A DNA stretch of 64,000 bases, from assembly GCF_006345805.1 (NCBI RefSeq), contig NC_043016.1:2108001-2172000 (forward strand). The letters are read 5' to 3'. Numbering within the stretch: position 1 is the stretch's first letter; the number at the start of each line of letters is the position of its first letter. The notes under the pieces were generated by a model. That model saw nothing but the letters and a program-made list of their open reading frames with translations. It searched no databases and was not told where the DNA came from. The translations under genes and the position numbers were made by a program. The DNA is from Octopus sinensis. Taxonomy: Eukaryota. Of the stretch, positions 56,529-64,000 are shown piece by piece.

Positions 56529-58874
56529 ATATATATATATGTATGTGCACGTATGCGTTTGTCTATAGTGTGTATAGCATTATGTGTACGTGTATGTGTG
56601 TATGTGCATATGTGTATATATATTATTTATATATATGTGTGTGTGTGTGCATGTGTGTGGCGTGCGTGTATATGTGCGTATATATAGATATACATATTCA
56701 TCTGCGCGCATTTGCGTTTTCGTAGGGGTATGTATATATTAGTGTGAGTGTATGTATACGTGTACGCGGGTGTATGTTTATATGTGTATATGCATAGATA
56801 TTTGTATATGTGTGTGTATATGTATGTATATCCGTGTATATATTTGCTTATGTGTATACGTGAATGTATTAACACATGTGCGTATGTGTCAAACTTTTCA
56901 CACACGTCTGGATCTTGCTTTACGTACGAATCTGTGCACATGTTTTCTATGCTATCTACATATATTTATGTATGTATATTATTATATATATATATATAAT
57001 ATCTATATATATATATATATATATATTATAATATATATATATATATACGTGTGTACCTGCGTATACGTGTTCCTATACATATATTATGTATGTATTCGTC
57101 CATACGTGTGCGTATGTATATGTGCATATATATATATGTATCTCTGTATGTATATGTGCGTCTAACACGAACCCACAAAAAAAGTCGTCTAAACATTTTC
57201 TTCCTTCAACTTCTACTTCCTTTCTTTCTCTTAACACTTGCAAACATGGATGGCTGATTACGTCATTTTCTCTAAACTAGAATGTATAATTTTCGCGTTC
57301 ATATTTGAAGTTTTTGCGTTTCAATTTTTCTCTATTTTTTACTCATTCTCAGAGTTGGTGGACATATAGCGGTACGTAAACCCGAATCAGAAAATCTCTT
57401 TTTTTTTATTGATTCACCCGAAGAGACCCAGAACGGGTCTATGTTGAAATATGACCGTACGTGAGGAGTTTGGGGACATATTTCTCCTCTTGTACAACAG
57501 CGCACGGCCGCATCCTAACATAACATAACGTTATATATAAGCCATAATACATGTTTATATACAGTGCCAAAGTAAATGAATAAAGGACGCCAAAAACCGT
57601 TCTACTTTTATAAAGAGAAGATAGATTTTATTCACAGCGTACAAAGTGATTTGTGATTATTAGAGTAGTGTTGTGTCATGATTGCATGCTTATAATATTT
57701 GTGTCTGTGTGTTCGTGTGTGCGACAGAAGTACATAAGGTGCATACAAATACAACAAAGCATAAGAGAAGTCTCAACAATTGAGTTAAAGTGGAGTTATT
57801 TTAGAGTTATTTTACCAGTTCATGTAGTACACGATAATGAGTTCTATAACAAGATTTGAGTCTCGGAGCGGAGATTAGTTGAGTCACTTGTTGTGCATAT
57901 TTTTCTCTTGATATAGATATTTTTTCAGATATATAAACTGCAACTGTTTTTCCGTGGTGAGATTTTCACACTAACAGCGTGAATTGAATCAGTATTTATC
58001 TTGTTGTGTACAAGTTGAAATCTTCGTAGATAGAGACGATGTTGGTGATGACGTTCTGTCTGTCGCTGGTTTACAATAGCGTCTTCATATTATGTTTGGC
58101 TTGGCTGTCGTCTGCCTTTCGAACTGGAACATGGTTGAGTAAGCTCTGTGTGGTCTCCGACCAAGACCTTAAAAGGTCTTAAGCCGAAAGACGGTGAATC
58201 ATCAAATAATCAGCCTATTTAAGGATTTAAGATGGCTCAAATGAAAGGTCCTATCCGAAAGCCGTGATTGGTCAGTTTACACACTGGCGCGAAATAAGTA
58301 GAGAGACAGACTGCGCTTAGATGCTAACCAATCAGTTCAGTGGACACAACAAGGTTAAACTAGCCAAAGATGTTTGTAATCTCAAACGAGATCATTCCTA
58401 ATGTTTTTTCTCAAACAGTGAAGATAGCAATGAAGATAGCAATATTGCTACAGGTCGAAACATGCGTCGTACCCAATAATTTTTTTTACTCACTCCATCT
58501 ATTTTATTAATACTATATAATGAGATTTTATAGTTTGCTTGAAGCATCGTATATGGAATATAATGTTGAAAGATTTAAAAGGCCAAACAATGCAAATAGA
58601 TTTTAAGATGAGGTAACGTAAACTAGAAGTAAGTTACCTGGGAATCTTCTTCAGGGTTAAAAAGGAACTGTCCTTGGTAAGATGATTTTTTTTCGCTTTT
58701 TTTTTGTTTGTTTTTTTTTTGTCGGAGATAAAATAATTTCATAACTATATTCGAATTTTCAAGCGTTTCTCTTCTTCGTGAATGGTAGTGACGTCAATTA
58801 TTAACTTATAACTCCACGAATCAATTATCATCCCCTCTTTTCTAATATGTAGCAAATGTGTCTGTGTGTGTATG

Positions 58875-59216
58875 TCATGTTATGCATTGCGTGCCTAGCT
58901 CCAATCTGTTATTTATTTGTGGGTTTAATTTATAGATAATCAAAGCCTCCTTAATTCTGAAGTTGCCGAGATTTCTATCATTGGCTTCAATAGTAACTTT
59001 AATTTGTTTGTTGGTATTTTTACATTTATCAACGTGTTTTTTAAATGAGGATGCGCGTGTGTTGTGATGTTTCTTAATGCGAATACGCAAAGTTCGAGTT
59101 GTGCTGCCTATATAAAACGCCTTACATTTGTTGCAATCTGTTCGGTATACTACATGTGTTTGTTGGCACATATCTGTATCGCAGATAGGACAGTTAGTTA
59201 ATGAGCCAGCGGACAT
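58875..59216 (-). mobile_element. PLE GIY-YIG endonuclease fragment
   Basis: CPICD...HVVYRTDCNKCKAFYIGSTTRTLRIRIKKH...IKEALIIYKLNPQINNR. Confidence 0.85.
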
Positions 59217-60104
59217 TGATTATACAAAAGACAATGGGATCTATTTCTGCATGAGCATAACTGTTTGATTTTGTTGGCTTGTGTACAACGAGCGCTGGAG
59301 GGATTTGTTCTGTTCGGTATGTTGGTTGTCAATATTATCGTTTTATTATCACAATTTGTAGGTGTTCTCAGTTTATTATTTGAATTGTTGCTGGTGTTAT
59401 TTGTTGGATGGTTATCATAGATATTGTAATTATTGCTCTGCTGGTTGGTAAAGTAATTCTAGTTATAAACGTTGTCTTTAGATTGGTCATATGAGTCATG
59501 GCTGATGTCAAGATGGTTATTTTGAGAGCGTTCACAAGGAGTGTTAGTTTGATGCTCGGAAAGGAGAAAGGGAGCGATTCAAAGGAGGAAAAGAAATCGC
59601 CAACGGCACACGTGTTAAATTGCGTGTGTAAGAGAGGGGGGAGGGAGAGAGAGAAGGAGAGGGGGGAGAGAGAAAATGGAATTCATAAGACTTCAATATT
59701 CTCTGTTTGTTTTATAACGAGCAGCAAACTACATCCAGCAAAATGTATTGTAATCGAAATAAGCGAAACGGAAATTAAAAAAAAACAGGTACCCTTTGAC
59801 AAGTCACGCGAGGAGACATATCTGCCCCTATGATGCATCATAACTATCTGTAAAGTATTTCATCCATGAGGCACCGGTGCACGTGGGGTTGAATCGGTCA
59901 TAGAGAAGAATAAAGAGTCTCGTGAATTCCATTTTCTTTCTCACATATTCTATCAAACACTATGAACACAAAGGAATCCCTGTAAATACAGTGCCATTTA
60001 CATCTATCTATTGTTGAGATCAGGTTGCCGAATACAATGAGCGGGAATTAAGCAGCATACTACTCAAATTTGAGATTATTATTTATGAAGATATATATTA
60101 TTGT

Positions 60105-60145
<41 letters not shown>

Positions 60146-60205
60146 ATATATATATTATATATATATATATATTTATTTATATATATGTAATATATATAGA
60201 TAATA

Positions 60206-60243
<38 letters not shown>

Positions 60244-60342
60244 ATAATATATATATAATATATATACATACATACATACACAGACATATATATATATCTA
60301 TATATATATATATAATATATATATATATAATATGATGGTATG

Positions 60343-60374
<32 letters not shown>

Positions 60375-60420
60375 ATATTTATAATATAATATACATACAT
60401 ACACAGACATATATATATAT

Positions 60421-60452
<32 letters not shown>

Positions 60453-60500
60453 CATACCATATATATATATATATACATATATACATACATACATACATAT
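60105..60500. repeat. (TA)-rich microsatellite
   Basis: Direct inspection. Confidence 0.95.
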
Positions 60501-60519
60501 TGAAGTGAACAGTATTATA

Positions 60520-61480
60520 CTGTCTATCCATTACGGCCGATCTTCAGATCGGTTTCGCGCTAGGGATTCAACGGAGTGGTTAGATAACAGTCCAATTATG
60601 TAAACCTGCTCTCATCAGAGGTAGCTGTTACGGAATGAAATATGGCGACTACTTTCAATTGTTGGAGGTAAATAGACTCATCCGGTTTGTGGTGGTTTTG
60701 AAAAAGATGCTGAAACGAATCGAGCAGGGGATTGAGTTAAGTGTTATGTCCCTAGGTACCAAAACATCCACACTGGAGGGGGAGAGTTGTGACAAGCTGG
60801 TAAGAGTTTTCTGGAAATGTGTGTGTCTTTAAGGTTGGTTTTCTAGTGGAAATGGAATTTGTGTAGTGGTACTATATTTATAACCTTTGCAGTGGTGTGT
60901 GTGCATTCACATCTGTTTTTATCAGTTTCCTTTCTTTTATGTCTTGATTAAATTCGTGGGGTTTTTTTGTGTGCATGCGGTGTGTATAGGGGCACACTAT
61001 GTGTGGGAGCTTACATTGGGGGTGGGATTGTTGGCTAGGTGTCAGCGGTGTTGGAAGTGTGTGTTTGTTTGTGTGTTAGTGTATGTTCCGGTCAAACTTT
61101 TTACCTGACTCCCAGATATTGGTGGAGTGCCGAAGTTGGAGGACTGGTGATTATAGTCATGGTGGGACATACAGTATGATAGGATGTACTTCCTTTCGTG
61201 TGGGCAAGGGTTAAAAATGTCACCTATGCTATTCAAGTAAATGCCTGAGTGTTGGAAGCTCTTTAAAATCGCGCATTTCTAAACCAGTCATAACCTGCAC
61301 TTCCTGCTGTTGAAGTATGTTTTACATTTCACCAGAAACTTCCAGTTTGAGCTGTACTGGGTGGCGCTTTCTTTCAAACACCATACGTGCTTGGCCAAGG
61401 TTGTGGCGTTATGTCTCTCTGGGGTGTTAAAGGAGGACTTGTAATTCTTATAGGGGGTTCTGAAGGGACTTTCAGTTGTC
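60520..61480 (-). mobile_element. PLE 3' end (GIY-YIG C-terminus, 3' UTR, HHR-like motif)
   Basis: TTESPFRTPYKNYKSSF...NATTLAKHVWCLK...KCRL...LNSIGDIFNPCPHERKY parallels the 50.5-50.9 kb copy; CTGATGA...GAAAC at ~60618-60552. Confidence 0.8.
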
Positions 61481-61494
61481 CACTTATATATATA

Positions 61495-61720
61495 GCGCGT
61501 GGCTAACGAGTGTTAGGTTGTGAGTTCGATTCTCGGAGTCATGTTGTGTCCTTGAGCAAAACACGTTGTTCCAGTCCACTCAAAAGACCAGCCTTATTAC
61601 ATTTTGTGTCATGCTGAATCTCCTGTGGTGGTCAGTTTCACAAGCAAGCTGTTTCGTTGATTGGATCAACTGGAACCCTCGTCGTTGTGATCGCCAGAAT
61701 GCCAGTTGTGTGTGTGTGTG
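61495..61720 (+). mobile_element. tRNA-derived SINE fragment (CORE-like)
   Basis: gagttcgattc B-box followed by gttgtgtccttgagcaaaacac. Confidence 0.55.
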
Positions 61721-61754
61721 TATGTGTGTGTGTGTGAGTATAAGTAAGTTTACA

Positions 61755-62164
61755 TACTCTTTACTCTTTTACTTGTTTCCGTCATTTGACTGCGGCCATG
61801 CTGGAGCACCGCCTTTAGTCGAGCAAATCGACCCCGGGACTTATTCTTCCTAAGCCCAGTACTTATTCTATCAGTCTCTTTTGATGAACCGCTAAGTGAC
61901 GGGGACGTAAACACACCAGCATCGGTTGTCAAGCAATGCTAGGAGGACAAACACAGACAAACATGCACACACACACACATATATATATATATACATATAT
62001 ACGACAGGCTTCTTTCAGTTTCCGTCTACCAAATCCACTCACAAGGCATTGGTCGGCCCGGGGCTATAGCAGAAGACACTTACCCAAGATGCCACGCAGT
62101 GAGACTGAACCCGGAACCATGTGGTTGGTTAGCAAGCTACTTACCACACAGCCACTCCTGCGCG
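61755..62164 (-). mobile_element. tRNA-derived SINE, full length
   Basis: Reverse complement of the 353-788 family, starting gcgcaggagtggctgtgtggtaag. Confidence 0.85.
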
Positions 62165-62648
62165 TATAAGTGACTTTTCTTAAGTATGCTGGTGTGCAGC
62201 TTCCCTCCTTGCAATTAAATTTTTGTAAATATGGAGTAACAGAAACTCTAAAATCCGACGTTTCATTTATACATAATGTCCTGAAAACTTGCATGCAATC
62301 ATCGTGGTATTTCAACTGTACATTAATTCACACACACATGTATACATTAAACATTACATTTTGGATCAATTTATTTAGTTCATTTTTCTTATTTTTAATG
62401 TTTTATCGAGTTCGTTAACCGAGTCAAGTTACTGACAAATAGAGTAAGGTTCAACGACGAGAAAGGCTGAATGAAACAGATGTCCTGCTTTAAATTTAGA
62501 TGCTTGGGTTTCTATCGGGATATGACATTTTAAATGTAACTGCCCTTTCGTGACATACGGAAAAGCCCTCTTTTTCTTTCAGCGTTTTATCTACGCTACA
62601 ATTTTTATTATTATTATTATTATTATCATCATCATCATCATCATCATT

Positions 62649-62686
<38 letters not shown>

Positions 62687-62730
62687 TATTATCATTATTA
62701 TTATTATTATTATTATTGTTATTATTATTA

Positions 62731-62764
<34 letters not shown>

Positions 62765-62788
62765 AATATAATTATTATTATTATTATT

Positions 62789-64000
62789 CTATGTTGAGTT
62801 TTGCTTTATATTTGTACAAGTTGGCTCCAAGTCTCACCCAGAGACCTCAAGAGACAACAGGTTGGAAGTTCATGTTGTTGTTATGCTTAGTGTGCCATAT
62901 ATTTGGGGGGTAGCTTTTGGTGTTGTACTAATGAATGTCTATAAAAAACAAAAAAAATTTTTTTTTTTAACCGAAAATTATGTTTGTTTTAAACCTTGAG
63001 ATTACATAGAAAGTATTTTGCGTAGGATATGACCAGTTCCCATGAGCACTATCTTTTGAATTTCTGCCATTTTGGGGTTTCCTGGTATCTGAGCTAGGTA
63101 GCTATCAGCCCCTTTTGCTATCATTCCCAGGGCACCTATGACAACAGGTATTGTTTTAGTCTTCAGGTTCCACATTTTGCTGATTTCTATTTCAAGCTCT
63201 TTATATTTGCTCAGTTTTTGGTAGGTCTTGACAGATTCGTTTATATCGATTGGGACAGTCATATCAATGAGGAGGCATGTTCTTTGTTTGAAGTCTTTCA
63301 ATATGATGTCTGGCCTATTTGCATCTATCTTTCTGTCAGTTTGAATGGTGAAGTTCCAGAGGAGTGAGATGTGGTCATTTTCAAGCACTGGGGGTGGTTT
63401 GTGTTCCCACCAGTTTTTTTCATGGGGCAAATCCAGGTTTTTACAGATTACCCAGTGAATATATTGTGCAGCTCTATCGTGTCTGTTGAGATAATCTGTA
63501 GGCGCTAGAAGACTGCACTTGGAGACCACATGGTCAATGGTTTCATTTTGTTGCTGGCATAAACGACACGTTGGACTGCTTCTGATCTTTAATATGTTGG
63601 CCTGGTAGTTTCTTGTTGGTAGCATTGATCTTGAGCTGCTATGATAAACCTTCTGTTTCAGATTTTAAGCCAGAGGCCATTAGCCATTGATGGGTCAGGG
63701 CTTTGTCAACATCTGCATTATTTGCTCTCTTTGGGTATTTGCCATAGAGAGGTTTTTTCTTGCCATTTATCATTCAGAATATCTAAGGCCGTAGATTTAG
63801 CACGGGTTTTCATGCACTTAGCTTTTCTGTGCCTGTTTTTCTTGTATGTCTATCTCTAATTCCGAAATTTGTTGTATTCGGAATTCACTTAGATATTCCT
63901 TGCCTGTTTGTTACTGAGTATGATGCTTTCTTGTTTTCATGTTTTGAGACAAGTTTTAATATCCAGTCCTCAGAGTTTTTCAGGTAGGTGTCTAGGCCAA
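62789..64000 (-). mobile_element. R4/Dong-type LINE 3' portion (runs off the window), same subfamily as 35675-37067
   Basis: ORF 63002-63625 (CRLCQQQNETIDHVVSKC, RHD, RPDIILKD); 3' end abuts (ATT)n. Confidence 0.92.

Larger units (their letters stand above)
52553..57439. repeat. Large inverted repeat (arms ~52553-53440 and ~56530-57439)
   Basis: Arms are reverse complements, e.g. gaaaatgacgtaatcagccat vs atggctgattacgtcattttc. Confidence 0.85.

Overview
Gene-poor, repeat-saturated eukaryotic DNA, most likely from an octopod cephalopod (inferred from the tRNA-derived SINE families and very high microsatellite load). No intact host protein-coding gene is supportable, and most six-frame ORFs are translated microsatellites. 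The window holds: (i) Penelope-like elements (PLEs; RT plus GIY-YIG) at ~6-8.3, 17.4-18.7, 50-51, 58.9-59.2 and 60.5-61.5 kb; (ii) a Tc1/mariner relic with apparent DD36E spacing; (iii) a Helitron helicase relic with its 3' hairpin-CTAG end; (iv) a 13.7-kb head-to-tail array of five Tx1/L1-clade LINE copies with (GATA)n or a GATA-like remnant at every junction; (v) a cluster of R4/Dong-type REL-endonuclease LINEs in (AAT)n tracts; (vi) many SINEs. The main unannotated signals are about a dozen type-I hammerhead ribozyme (HHR)-like motifs tied to PLE termini and outward-facing inverted repeats, including one element that joins a tRNA-like Pol III head to an HHR tail, and the apparent (GATA)n target specificity of the Tx1 array. 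All structures were read by eye; none was confirmed by folding or database search.
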